A stretch of DNA of 64,000 nucleotides, taken from Eledone cirrhosa (lineage: Eukaryota). The notes beneath the pieces are model-generated. The model was not told the DNA's origin. It searched no databases and saw only the letters and a list, made by a program, of their open reading frames with translations. The translations under genes and the position numbers were made by a program. Location: contig OZ024745.1 in NCBI GenBank assembly GCA_964016885.1, positions 115,258,001-115,322,000 on the forward strand. The letters run 5' to 3'. Positions 1 to 12,274 of this stretch are shown here, one piece after another. Each line of letters starts with the position of its first letter. The first letter of the stretch is position 1.

Positions 1-103
1 CACGTGATACCCGTTAGGTTGCCTGGTTGTTTCAGCGCCTGAGCATCGCATCACCCGTGGCAATGCTGCGAGCATATTGGCTTGCCTCAAAGTGTTTAAT
101 TAA
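1..103 (+). pseudogene. C-terminal remnant of a CRE-like (RLE) non-LTR retrotransposon ORF
   Basis: Manual translation with one frameshift gives AWLFQRLSIA/ITRGNAASILACLKVFN*, matching the QRxSxAxxRGNA C-terminal motif of CRE-clade elements. Runs off the window edge. Confidence 0.55.
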
Positions 104-233
104 CGCTTATGATGTGATGTGCGATTGATTGTCGTATTTGGTATTGAATTGTTGGTCGTTTTTGTTTCTGCTTCCCCCTTTTTTCCCCCTCTCTCTCTTT
201 TGTATGTTTATCAACGACATTATATTTGTAATG

Positions 234-423
234 GGCAGTGGATTGGCAGTATCGGTAGAGGGTCGGACGCTATGATTTGACGCATAGAGTTATGGCCCTT
301 GCCATTCTGAGTTCAAATCCCTCCGAGGTTAACTTTGCCTTTCATCCTTACGGGGTCGATAAAATAAAGTACCAGTAATGCACTGGATAACTGCTGGCCT
401 TGTGCCAAAAGTAGAAACAATTA
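234..423 (+). mobile_element. tRNA-derived SINE (Meta-SINE-like core), near full-length copy
   Basis: B-box GAGTTCAAATCC, core GCCTTTCATCCTTACGGGGTCGATAAAATAAAGTACC and 3' end GTAGAAACAATT. About 20 related copies occur in the window. Confidence 0.8.
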
Positions 424-689
424 GATTTGTAATGTTCTTCTGAACGAATTGCCAACAATTTATAATGTTATTTACGCACTTATAATGTTATTTGTAATGT
501 TATTTATGTTTATATTTAAATCATATTTGTAATTTTTTTTAATGAAAGACACTTAAAAAAAAAATGTCAAACTGTTTGACACAATATAAACACTAGTATA
601 GACATTAATGAACATTTAGACTTTTAATTGCTTAGATTAGTTCCTTAAAAAAAATGTGAGGGAATATTAAATATAGAAAGAGCCATGGA

Positions 690-1270
690 ATATAGGTGGC
701 TGAATTATGTGCAAGAATTGCAGGAGCTAGTGCAGTAATGCACCAGCTGCAGCATTCAGTAATCAAAAGAAGGGAGGTAGGTGTAAAAGCCGAACTGGCT
801 ATCTTCAATTCAGTATTCGTGCCACCCCTTACCTATGGTCATGAATCTTGGGTAATGACTGAAAGAATATGATCGCGAATACAAGCGGCTGAAATGGGGT
901 TTCCTCCGAAGGGTCTTTGGAGTAACGTTACTCGGTAGAGTGCGTAGATCGGAGATCAGGGAGTCACTCCAGGTAGAGCCGCCACTTTTCCAATTTGAGT
1001 GATTACAACTCCGATACTAAGGGGATGTGGTTAGAATGTCTCAAGAAAGAATCGCTGGACAGATTTTTACAGGTAAAACCAACCGGCAGGAGACCCAGGG
1101 GTAGATCTCGAGCAAGATGGTTGGATAAAATCTGTGAGGTTGGTTAGTCAGGCCTGGCGATCCATCTGGATCAGTTGGAAACGGTTCTGACAGGACCCAC
1201 TGGAAGGAGTGTTTGAGGATTCTATCCCCATGACCCTCTCAGGAATAAGTGGGCGAAGAAGAAGAAGAAT
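690..1270 (+). mobile_element. 5'-truncated RTE-clade (Rex3/Expander-like) LINE, degenerate
   Basis: Manual translation gives LTYGHESWVMTERI*SRIQAAEMGF/LRRVFGVTL...GRRPRGRSRARWLD with stops and frameshifts, followed by a (GAA)n tail at about 1255-1269. Confidence 0.8.
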
Positions 1271-2351
1271 AAATAGCTACAAAATATAAGTTTGAAATGA
1301 GACAATTATAAAACCTAGAATCAGTACGATGAAGAAACAAGTTAATAAAGTAAGGGAGATAACTCTGTCAGACAAGCAGAAAGAAACATATGGAACTCAG
1401 AAATGGTGTTTCATTTTGTGGATTAATAATTTCCATGTTGTTGCACTGAGTTCAATAATTTACTTTTTTAAATATAAATTATAATACCTATTTCAGTTTG
1501 ATTCATCATTCTTAGTGTCTTTTTGTTCAATTTAATTCTACGAAACAGCATAAACACTAGGGCTAATATATAAATTTGAAAAATTGGGCATTAAAATTTT
1601 ACACACTTCTTGAGTATTAAAATAATATAATAAATTAAACATTTTTCTTCAAACTGGGAATTTAAATCTACGAATGATTCCTGAATGTATTAAAATTTTA
1701 CCTATGTGGAAAAAAAAAGAAGGAAAGAACAGAAAACTATTATGAAATCTAGAATGACAATTCAATGAATAAACATTTAAATAAAAAATAAATGTATTAA
1801 CCCTGTCATTGCAAATTAAATTCCATTTTGTGTGTTAGATGAAAAAGGCTATGTGATGATTTACAAGTATATGTGCGTGAGTGTATGTGAGGTTGAATTT
1901 AAGAGGCTTCAGTTACCAGTGAAACTAAGTTTTGTTATTTCAATTAACAAATCTCAGGGTCAATCCCCTCAAGGTAGTTGGACTTGATCTCTCTACTACA
2001 TTTTTCTCCCACGGTAAACTCTGTTGGTGGCTCACGAATTGGAAGCAACAACAATTTATTCATTTGGACACCAACAAAAGATTACACAATGAATATTGTA
2101 TACCTTGAAGAGCTACAGGATTGACAGATTTTCATTTCTAAATTCTATTATCATTACAATTTTGATATTTATTTTATAAAATGTAGATATTTTGAAATAA
2201 TTATGAGAAAAAAAAAAACTTATTTATTGTTTACTAATCTGAATAAGAACAGCAGTAACTCATTCACCTCACATTCTCAAGCGTGAAAAAATATTAACAT
2301 TTTGTACTGCGTCTTCGCTTCCACGTTGTTGTTTTTTTGTTTACTGTTTTA

Positions 2352-2382
<31 letters not shown>

Positions 2383-2465
2383 AGTTTATCCCGGGTTCAA
2401 TTGGGGGTAACCACAGTAAGTAAGGTACTCAATACAAAGCAGACTATAAATATTTGATATAGAAA

Positions 2466-2516
2466 AGCTTCTACAGGACTAGAACTGTTTCATTTGTGAG
2501 AAATCATCAGGAAGCT
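2466..2516 (-). ncRNA. Type I hammerhead ribozyme motif (family A)
   Basis: Minus strand AGCTTC-CTGATGA-TTTCTCACAAAT-GAAA-CAG-TTCTAGTC-CTG-TA-GAAGCT: full core, 6-bp stem I, 3-bp stem III, GUA triplet. Confidence 0.8.
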
Positions 2517-2753
2517 GACTGTCCAAATGATGGTATTTATATCTTTTCTGGTGGTAGGAGAGGGTGGGGATTGGGATGGGTGGAGGTCATTGGTTGATGG
2601 GTTTAAAGAAAAGGGAATTCTTTAAAAGCTATATTTAGAGTAACAAAGGCAAAAAGAATTCTATAAACAAGTTCAAACTGGGGGTGCCACTTCTTATTTT
2701 TAAGGTTCTCTTAAGCTAACAATGCCTGTGATTCAGGTGTCTACAAGCACATT

Positions 2754-2821
2754 CACACACACACACACACATATATAAACCCCTTACTCCCACACACGCA
2801 AAAACACACACTCATATGCCC

Positions 2822-2854
<33 letters not shown>

Positions 2855-3146
2855 CACACACATACATATACATACACATACATATACATACACATACATA
2901 TATATATACACATATACATCCATATACACATATATATACATGCATACACACACACATATATATATACATACAAACACACACATATATATATATATATATA
3001 TACATATATATACATATATATATATGTATACATACATGCATACGTACACATGATGTGTACAGATACATAGACATACACACACATACATACATATACATAC
3101 ATATATATATACACACATACATACATAAACATACATATACACATAT

Positions 3147-3181
<35 letters not shown>

Positions 3182-3332
3182 CACATACATATACATATAT
3201 ATATATACGATATATATACACTCACAGACACATGCACATATATACACATATATACACACACACACACACACACATATATACACACACACACACACATATA
3301 TACACACACACACACACACAGACATATATATA
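2754..3332. repeat. Compound (CA)/(TA)/(TACA) microsatellite
   Basis: Visible directly; explains the YI/VC/HT low-complexity ORFs. Confidence 0.95.
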
Positions 3333-3377
3333 TCATCATCATGATCGTTTAACGTCCATCTTCCATGGGTTTGGATG

Positions 3378-3426
<49 letters not shown>

Positions 3427-3429
<3 letters not shown>

Positions 3430-4637
3430 CGGGTAAAATTCCCGAGATCCATGGACGAGTTCTCTCCAGCGGTCTCTGTCCCTCATCATCGCTGCCATGT
3501 CCTGCGTCTCCCACAGACCAGTGTCTGTCCTTAGGGCATCAACATACGTTAACCTTGGTCTTCCCCTTCTAGTGTGTCCATGCAGGGGCTCCCACAGGAG
3601 CACTGAGTGCAATGTCAAGTCTGGATGTCTGTGAGCATGTCCAGCTAACCTCAGTCTCCTCTGTGTCACTTTTGAGCTGACTTTTGGGAGGCTCCCATAC
3701 AGCTCTGAGTTCTTCCTCCTCAGTGTATACTGATTAATGTTCAGAGCCATCCTCAGCATTCTCATGTAGCACCCATCCACCATCTGAGTGAGTTTCTTGG
3801 TCAGTGTCCAAGTCTCAGACCCGTACAGCAGCACAGACTCCACTACAGCAATGAAGAGGCGGATCTTCAAGTCTTCATGAAGGTCCGACTTCCACACCGA
3901 TCTCAAGCTGTGGCACACTGCCCAAGCTTTGCTCTTCCTCTCAACCACATCATCTTCTGTATTCCCAATCTTTGCTCCCAAATACAGGAAGTCTTCAACT
4001 AATTCCAGTGGCTTCCCGCCTATATTAGTAATCCCCTCTGGCTTCTCAACATTCTCTACCAGACATTTTGTCTTAGTCTCATTCATTCTCAGCCCCACAC
4101 TCATCGACACAGTCTCAACTTCCTGCATCAAATCCTCTGCCTCCTTCACTGTATTTGTCACCAAAACTATGGCATCGGGAAATTCAGCATCCAATATTTT
4201 TTTCGCCTTAACTCTCCTGCTCTGAGCCGGTGTTACAGTAAAGCCAGAGTCCTGGTGTTTCTCCAGTGCAAGGCACATACAATAGTCCACTACGATGATA
4301 AAAAGGTAGGGAGCCAATGTATCTCCCTGGAGCAATCCAGCCAGTATCTCAAAGAACTCTGTCATCCCATCAGGTGTAATGACTTGGGCTTTGGTGTTGG
4401 TGTAGAGCAGTGATATCAGGTCCACTATCTTCTTGGGGATTCCATAAGCCTGTAAGATCTTCATCAGGCAGTGACGGTCCACAGAATCAAAGGCCTTCTT
4501 AAAGTCAATGAAAACCATGACCGCAGGAAGGCACTTTGCTCTAGCTCCCTCTAATATCCTCCTCAGCATCAGGATGTGACTGGTGGTTGATCTTCCCTCT
4601 CTGAAGTCGTTCTGGTTGTCCCTGAGCTTCTTCTCCA
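3427..4637 (-). mobile_element. 5'-truncated RTE-clade LINE, reverse transcriptase region (family ending EFYPP)
   Basis: ORF 3349-4683 contains QNDFREGRST, VFIDFKKAFDSV, GLLQGDTLAPYLF, a degenerate catalytic motif (EFPDA), FLYLG, VLLYGSETW and RRGRPRLTY. Both ends are embedded in (TA)n. Confidence 0.92.
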
Positions 4638-4651
4638 TATATATATATGTA

Positions 4652-4770
4652 TGTTCCCGTATGAGCAAGACAAGATCAGCCAACCGGACACTGCCTGTAA
4701 CAGAACAACCCGTCTAACCCATGCTAGCGTGGATGAACGGACGTAAAACAGTGATGATGATGATGATGAT
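4652..4770 (+). mobile_element. 3' end of a SINE/LINE with (GAT)n tail; inverted shorter copy at 3333-3380
   Basis: AACCCATGCTAGCGTGGATGAACGGACGTAAAACAGTGATGATGAT; a reverse-complement homolog lies at 3333-3380. Confidence 0.6.
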
Positions 4771-4820
4771 ATATATATATATATTATTATATACATATAC
4801 ACATACACACATACATATAT

Positions 4821-5045
4821 ATATTGAAGTACATTATACATGTGGAAAAAGCAGATAGGTAAGAAGTACTTAGATAGATAACCATAGTGCCGTGAGGCGG
4901 GTTGAGATGGGAGTAGGGTGGGATGGAGGAGATATTTTTTCGAGTGGGGTTTTAAAAAAATTTTTTTTAGCTATCTTGCATCAACACTGGCTTAAGAAAG
5001 TTGCAAAGCTTTTGTGCATGCAATTCGGGCAGTGTTCAGAGAGTC
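4821..5045 (-). mobile_element. 3' fragment of the same PLE family as 29872-31466
   Basis: The reverse complement matches 30765-30990 (ACTCTCTGAACACTGCCCGAATTGCATGCACAAA...CACGGCACTATGGT...AAGTACTTCTTACCTATCTGC). Confidence 0.85.
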
Positions 5046-5289
5046 ATATATGTGTGTGTGTATATGCTTGTAGACACCTGAATCATAGGCATTGTTAGCT
5101 TAAGAGAACCTTAAAAATAAGAAGTGGCACCCCCAGTTTGAACTTGTTTATAGAATTCTTTTTGCCTTTGTTACTCTAAATATAGCTTTTAAAGAATTCG
5201 CTTTTCTTTAAACCCATCAACCAATGACCTCCACCCATCCCAATCACCACCAGAAAAGATATAAATACCACCATATTACTTGGACAGTC

Positions 5290-5340
5290 AGCTTCCTGAT
5301 GATTTCTCACGAATGAAACAGTTCTAGTCCTGTCGAAGCT
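5290..5340 (+). ncRNA. Type I hammerhead ribozyme motif (family A)
   Basis: AGCTTC-CTGATGA-TTTCTCACGAAT-GAAA-CAG-TTCTAGTC-CTG-TC-GAAGCT; GUC triplet. Confidence 0.82.
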
Positions 5341-5754
5341 TTTCTATATCAAATATATATGTATATATATAATCTTACAGTCCATTTTGCATTGTTTAGC
5401 CTTCTATCACTTTCCACATTATGTATCATATACAATGCTTCAAGCAAACTACTACATATATTTAGGTGAGTCTGTAGACATCTAATTACGTAGAGAATTA
5501 TAGATTTATATCAGTGATAGGTGATGGATGTTTTATAACCCTTTAGCCTTTCTTCCGATTTATATCAACCTTCGTTTCGTAAATTATTTGTATTTTAAGT
5601 ATTGGTATTTTTTAAAGCTGTCTTTAATATTTAATCTTTATTATTCACTTTTAATCCATTTTAATTTTAGTTATATGGTTTATGTGGTAAGAAACTCCCT
5701 GGAGAGCAGGACAGCAAAAGGTCTTCAGAGAAGAAACTACTCTCATCCAGGCCA

Positions 5755-6495
5755 TGACTCGTGACTCTTGTGTGCCTTTTTGTTGACACTTTTTAACCAC
5801 TTGGATATCGGAGACTTGTGCGTTTAAACTGTAGGGACATTTTATTGTTAAGCTGGAAATCCTCTTCCTTGACTCTATTTTCAAACTTGTATTTAAACAT
5901 TTTTTTGAGTTGAGAAAAATAACGTTGGTAGTCATGGTAACGGTGAAACTTTAACCGTGTCACCTCTGCCGCCAACACTAAAACGCACTGGAGTTAGTTC
6001 CCTTAGCTTAAGTTAATTTACATACGTACAACCTTCAAGATATGGAGGTCGTTATTGTTCCTCCTCCACCAGATCCAGCTGGAACTCCTCTCCGCAGTCT
6101 CTGATATTACTGTTAGGGTTCTGATCCGTTTCTTCTCAGAGACAGAGTTATTTCATGAGATTTGCCCACAAAACTTCTGGCTCCAACTTCTATGGCGAGA
6201 ACTTTGAACAGGAGATGTTAACATACGCTAAGGGAAGTAACTGAGAAATCACGTTGGTGGTGTTAATGGTGGCCGTGACACGGTGTTGTTTCACTGCTAC
6301 CATGACTACCTATGTTATTTTTCAGCCCCACTCTAGAAAACGTTTAAATTTAAGTAGAAAGCGGTGACAACAGAAACAAGTACAAGCTGAATCTTGTCGA
6401 GAAAGAACATAATCCTCATAAAGTTTCAATACACAACAAGCTTCCAATATCCAAGTGGCTAAAAGGTGCCAGAAGGACACCCAGGAGTCATGAAG
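5755..6495. repeat. Old diverged fold-back (inverted repeat) element
   Basis: AAAAATAACGTTGGTAGTCATGGTAACGGTGAAAC (about 5915) vs GTTTCACTGCTACCATGACTACCTATGTTATTTTT (about 6290); CCACTTGGATAT (about 5797) vs ATATCCAAGTGG (about 6447). Confidence 0.65.
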
Positions 6496-6520
6496 CAGAT
6501 GCTACTCGTCTACCCAAGAG

Positions 6521-6600
6521 CAGCAATCCCCAACCTTTTCGCGTCATGGACTGGTGTCACGCAAGACGGACCGGGGAGAAGGGAGTCGGTGTCGGGTTTG
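6521..6600 (+). mobile_element. Possible hAT/Charlie-type terminal sequence
   Basis: CAGCAATCCCCAACCTTTT resembles the CAGGGGTCCCCAACCTTTT termini of Charlie-like elements. No partner end was found. Confidence 0.35.
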
Positions 6601-6607
6601 AACATAA

Positions 6608-8143
6608 CAAAACGGAGCACCCAAATAAAAAATGGGGACCCCCATAAAAAAACGGGGCACCCAAATAAAAAAACGGGACACGCAAATAAAATAACGGGGC
6701 ACCCAAATAAAAAACGGACCCCCACCCCACATAAAAAACGGGCACCCAAATAAAAAACGTACCCCCCATAAAAAAACGGGGCACCCAAATAAAAAACGGG
6801 GCCCCTAAATAAAATAACGGGGCACCCAAATATAAAACGGACCCCCCCCCATAAAAAAACGGGGCACCCAAAATAAAAAACGGGGCACCCAAATAAAAAA
6901 CGTACCCCCATAAAAAAACGGGGCACCCAAATAATAAACGGGACCCCCAAATAAAATAACGGGGCACCCAAATAAAAAACGGACCCCCCATGAAAAAACG
7001 GGGCACCCAAATAAAAAACGGGGCACCCAAATAAGAAACGGACCCCCCATAAAAAAACGGGTCACCCAAATAAAAAACGGACCCCCACCTTAAAAAAACG
7101 GGGCACCCAAATAAAAAACGGGGAGCCAAATAAAAAAACGGAACACCCAAATAAAAAACGGGGCGCCCAAATAAAAAACGGACCCCCCCCCCCGTAAAAA
7201 AACGGGGCACCCAAATAAAAAACGGACCACCCCATAAAAAAACGGGGCACCCAAATTAAAAAACGGGGCACAAAATATAAAAACGGGGCACCCAAATAAA
7301 AAACGGGGCACCCAAATAAAAAACGGACCCACCCCATAAAAAACGGGGCACCCAAATAAAAAACGGACCCACCCCATAAAAAACGGGGCACCCAAATAAA
7401 AAACGGACCCCCCGTAAAAAAACGGGGCACCCAAATTAAAAAACGGGGCACCCAAATTAAAAAACGGGGCACCCAAATATAAAAACGGGGCACCCAAATA
7501 AAAAACGGGGCACCCAAATAAAAAACGGACCCACCCCATAAAAAAACGGGGCACCCAAATATAAAAACGGGGCACCCAAATAAAAAACGGGGCACCCAAA
7601 TAAAAAACGGACACACCCAATAAAAAAACGGGGCACCCAAATAAAAAGACGGGGCACCCAAATTAAAAACGGGGCACCCCCATGAAAAAACGGGTTACCC
7701 AAATAAAAAACGGACCTCCCCCATAAAAAGGGGCACCCAAATAAAAAACGGGCACCCAAATAAAAAAACGGGGCACCCAAATAAAAAACGAACCCCCCAT
7801 AAAAAAACGGGGCATCCAAATAAAAAACGGCGCACCCAAATAAAAACGGGCCCCCCATAAAAAAACGGGGCACCCAAATAAAAAACGGGCACCCAAATAA
7901 AAAAACGGGGCACCCAAATAAAAAACGGACCCCCCATAAAAAAACGGGTCACCCAAATAAAAAACGGACCCACCTATAAAAAAACGGGACACCCAAATAA
8001 AAAACGGGACACCCAAATAAAAAACGGACCCCCATAAAAAACGGGTCACCCAAATAAAAACGGACCCCCCCCCCCCCCCATAAAAAACGGGGCACCCAAA
8101 TAAAAAACGGGACACCCAAATAAAAAACAGGGCACCCAAATAA
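6608..8143. repeat. About 20-bp minisatellite (AAAAAACGGGGCACCCAAAT / AAAAAACGGACCCCCCAT variants)
   Basis: Roughly 75 visible tandem units of two alternating variant types. Confidence 0.95.
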
Positions 8144-8252
8144 TAACACGAATAGCTGGTTTACTTTTGACAAAAAGTTTACTTCACTTCACTTCATAAA
8201 TTTGCTTTTGTATTGGCATGTAAACAGAACTGCAGACATTAATATATATATA

Positions 8253-8526
8253 TGGGAGCATCCCAAAAGTCAGCTCAAAAGTGACACAGAGGAGACTGAG
8301 GTTAGCTGGACATGCTCACCGACATCCAGAGTTGACATTGCACTCAGTGCTCCTGTGGGAGCCCCTACATGGACACACTAGAAGGGGAAGACCAAGGTTA
8401 ACGTATGTTGATGCCCTAAGGACAGACACTGGTCTGTTGGAGACGCAGGACATGGCAGCGATAATGAGGGACAGAGACCGCTGGAGAGAACTCGTCCATA
8501 GATCTCGGGAATTTTACCTGCCTTAG
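8253..8526 (+). mobile_element. 3' fragment of RTE family (EFYPP type)
   Basis: Near-identical to the reverse complement of 3427-3700; preceded by (TA)n. Confidence 0.9.
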
Positions 8527-8982
8527 ATACATATGTAAATATGGAAGTGTTTTATCTGGAGCAATGAGAATGAACATAAAAGACGCAAAACGTTGAGTGC
8601 CGCGAGAAAATATTTCTTAATAATATTTTGCGACACATTGCAAGTGTTTCCGACAAAATGACCAGTTCAAGCTTAATGAAGAACATGTGTATATTTTTAA
8701 ATAGAGGAAAAGGAAACTGCGATGACGTTTAAAATAGATTACAGTTTCAATTCCTTATAAGGAGAATGTAAAATCCAAGTTGTGAAGCATGAAAATTTCA
8801 AATAGAGTGGTTCAATTAGTTAAATATATATTGTTTCTACATTTGGCACAAGGCCAGCAATTACCCAGTACATTACTGGTACTTTATTTTATCGACCCCG
8901 TAAGGATGAAAGGCAAAGTTATATTAGTTAAATATATATGTCAATTAGTCATATCCATGTATGTACCTATCTATATATGTGT

Positions 8983-9041
<59 letters not shown>

Positions 9042-9046
9042 TATGC

Positions 9047-9102
<56 letters not shown>

Positions 9103-9103
<1 letters not shown>

Positions 9104-9346
9104 TGACACAGGAGACTGAGGTTAGCTGGACATGCTCACCGACATCCAGACTTGACATTGCACTCAGTGCTCCTGTGGGAGCCCCTACATGGACACACTA
9201 GAAGGGGAAGACCAAGGTTAACATATGTTGATGCCCTAAGGAGAGACACTGGTCTGTTGGAGACGCAGGACATGGCAGCGATAATGAGGGACAGAGACCG
9301 CTGGAGAGAACTCGTCCATGGATCTCGGGAATTTTACCCGCCTTAG
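9103..9346 (+). mobile_element. 3' fragment of RTE family (EFYPP type)
   Basis: LHSVLLWEPLHGHTRRGRPRLTY...EFYPP*, flanked by (TA)n on both sides. Confidence 0.9.
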
Positions 9347-9394
9347 ATATATATATATATATATACACACACATATATATATATATACACACAC

Positions 9395-9454
<60 letters not shown>

Positions 9455-9546
9455 GTGTGTGTGTGTGTATGCATGCACATACGACTGCCAAGTATTCTTT
9501 TTCGTCCAGAATATAAGCTGAAAAAACGAGAAAGATATATATATGC

Positions 9547-9585
<39 letters not shown>

Positions 9586-9801
9586 TACATACACACACAC
9601 ACTCACACTCACACACACACACACACACACATGCACATGCACACACACAGACACACATATATATATGTATGCATACACACACAACTCCCAAGTATTGTTT
9701 TTAGTCCAGAATATAAGCTGAAAAAGCGAGAGGGAGAGAAAGAGAGAGACAGATAGAGAGATAGATAATAGAGACAGGTAGATAGATACATAGAGAGAGA
9801 A

Positions 9802-9837
<36 letters not shown>

Positions 9838-9849
9838 TGAGTGAGATAG

Positions 9850-9882
<33 letters not shown>

Positions 9883-9911
9883 AGAGAGAGAGAGAGTCAT
9901 ATATATATACA

Positions 9912-9977
<66 letters not shown>

Positions 9978-9988
9978 AAGTGAGATAA

Positions 9989-10034
<46 letters not shown>

Positions 10035-10046
10035 AAAGAGAAAGAG

Positions 10047-10081
<35 letters not shown>

Positions 10082-10130
10082 AGTAAGTAAGGTACTCAAT
10101 ACATAGCAGAGTATAAAGGTTTTAATATAG

Positions 10131-10187
10131 ATGAGATTCTACAGGACTAGAACTGTTTCATTCTTCAGAAATCATCAGGAATCTCAT
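10131..10187 (-). ncRNA. Type I hammerhead ribozyme motif (family A variant) with downstream tail to about 10078
   Basis: Minus strand ATGAGATTC-CTGATGA-TTTCTGAAGAAT-GAAA-CAG-TTCTAGTC-CTG-TA-GAATCTCAT. The 9-bp stem I covaries with the 2466 and 5290 copies. Confidence 0.85.
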
Positions 10188-10227
10188 ATATATATATATA
10201 AAAAGAGAGAGAGAGAGAGAGAGAGAG

Positions 10228-10266
<39 letters not shown>

Positions 10267-10685
10267 GAGAGAGAGAGAGAGATCTGGAGGTATTTATTAA
10301 CTTTATGTATTTAAAGCATAACGGTTCTGATTAGGCGATGTTCTGTTAAATATAATGAATGTAGTTGCATTACGGTTGCCATGGACTACCGCTAGCGATT
10401 TCCGATGTAATCCAATGCATAACATAGCAAGGAAATGAGCTTATGTTAACGATAATATGGAAGCGAGATTTAAACTTATTTGAACTTGTTCCAGTCTTAT
10501 GATAATTCACGGTAAAGCCGAATATGGGCGACATAAGATGATTTTTTAAGAATAAAACTAACAAAGCAAGAGAGAAGCCTTTAAGCTTGAAGTTCCTCAT
10601 TATTTCAACGAACTGGAAACATTTATGGAAAATATGCTGAAAATACATGAAAATATATTAAATTATTGTAATTAATATGTTAAAT

Positions 10686-11670
10686 AATTGTTTCTACTTT
10701 AGGCACAAGGCCAGCACATACCCAGTGCATTACTGGTACTTTATTTTATCGACCCCGTAAGGATGAAAGGCAAAGTCAACCTCGTAAATAATAATTCTTT
10801 GGTACAAGGCCAGCATTGTTGGGGGGAGGGGTTAGTCAACTATATCGACCCGAGTATTTAACTGGTTCTTTATTTTATTGACTCTGGAAGGATGAAGGGA
10901 AAAGTTGACCTCGGTGGGATTTGAAATCGTAACTAAATATAGCAAAGCATTTTGTTCGACGCTCTATCAATACTGCCAATCTACCGCTCTCTACAGCTCT
11001 ACCAATACTGCAAATCAACCGCTCTCTAAAGCTCTAACACTACTGCCAATCTGCCACTCTCTACAGCTCTACCAATACTACCAATAATGCCAATACTGCC
11101 AATCTACCGCTCTCTAAAGCTCTAACAATACTGTCAATCTGACACTCTCTAAAGCTCTACCAATACTACCAATGCTGCCTGTCTACCGCTCTCTACAGCT
11201 CTACCAATACTGCCAATCAACCGCTCTCTAAAGCTCTAACAATACTGCCAATCTGCCACTCTCTACAGCTCTACCAATACTACCAATAATGCCAATACTG
11301 CCAATCTACCGCTCTCTAAAGCTCTAACAATACTGTCAATCTGACACTCTCTAAAGCTCTACCAATACTACCATTGCTGCCTGTCTACCGCTCTCTACAG
11401 CTCTAACAATACTACCAATCTACCGCTCTCTACAGCTCTACCAATACTGCCAATCTGTCGCTCTCTACGGGCTGAAGAATAATTCTTTCTATCATTGGCA
11501 CAATGATAGAAAGGGAAACACCGGTTATGTCGGAACTTGACTGGTATTTTATTTTATCTTCCTTAGAAGGATAAAATACAAAGTTGATCTCGCTGGGATT
11601 TGAAATAAAAACGTAAAGGGACGGAAGAAATGATGCAAATCATTTTGTCTGACCCTCTAAGGATTCTGTG
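10686..11670 (-). mobile_element. Cluster of Meta-type SINE copies with a SINE-head-derived minisatellite (about 31 bp) at 10960-11470
   Basis: SINE cores at 10686-10785, 10795-10990 and 11480-11670. The unit CAATACTGCCAATCTACCGCTCTCTACAGCTCTAC matches the SINE 5' head. Confidence 0.8.
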
Positions 11671-11979
11671 GAGGCGCGTGGCCAAGTGATCATAATGTCG
11701 TGGGTTTGAATCCTGGACACTTCATTTCACATAGTTCCAGTTTTAACCCTGCTATGGAATGGCGTCATATCCGGGGGTATGACCAGTTCTTGGTTTCTTC
11801 TTTCTTGGGTTGTCCTAAGCTATATATATTGAGTATACGTTGGTTGTTTATCGACACCTCAGTATGCAGATTGGAGCACTCGACGAGTTACGCAGGTTGG
11901 TTTGTTTACTCCGGAATAATGTAAAATAATTAAGTCAAATATGTAAAATTTGGCTCTGTTTATTATAAATTATAGATAT

Positions 11980-12034
11980 ACTGCTATATATATTTCGATG
12001 ACAGCCATCATTGGCTGTGACCTCTTCGGGCAGT
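11980..12034 (-). ncRNA. Hammerhead-like motif with CCGAAGA core
   Basis: Minus strand ACTGC-CCGAAGA-GGTCACAGCCA-ATGA-TGGCTGTCATC-GAAA-TATATA-TA-GCAGT. Confidence 0.65.
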
Positions 12035-12230
12035 CCGAATTGGTGTGGGAAAGACAGGTACACATGTTGTTGAAGTGTATTTCACTCCGTCAATACATCG
12101 ATATGTCCAGCTCCTGGTTGTGTTGTCATTTCTCTGAGGAACTGGAATCAAACGAATTTCGGTGTCATAGGACACTCTCGCATCCCATTGGTCAGTTGTG
12201 AGAACATTCCTCAGTCAAAAGTCTATAGAA

Positions 12231-12274
<44 letters not shown>

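Larger units (their letters stand above)
2383..5355. repeat. Inverted pair of PLE pseudo-LTR-like segments (arms about 2452-2748 and 5066-5355) enclosing later insertions
   Basis: The arms are reverse complements (e.g. TAAGGTTCTCTTAAGCTAACAATGCC vs GGCATTGTTAGCTTAAGAGAACCTTA). Each carries a hammerhead motif. The left arm has an extra tail of about 70 bp, and both ends abut (TA)n. Confidence 0.85.

Noticed and set aside
234-330. tRNA gene
   Set aside because: A B-box is present, but the sequence continues into the SINE core and has about 20 diverged copies; no cloverleaf.
1900-2340. Possible minus-strand host exons
   Set aside because: Splice-like sites exist, but there is no coherent reading frame or recognisable protein.
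6608-8143. CRISPR-like regular repeat
   Set aside because: Tandem units without unique spacers, no cas genes, eukaryotic context.
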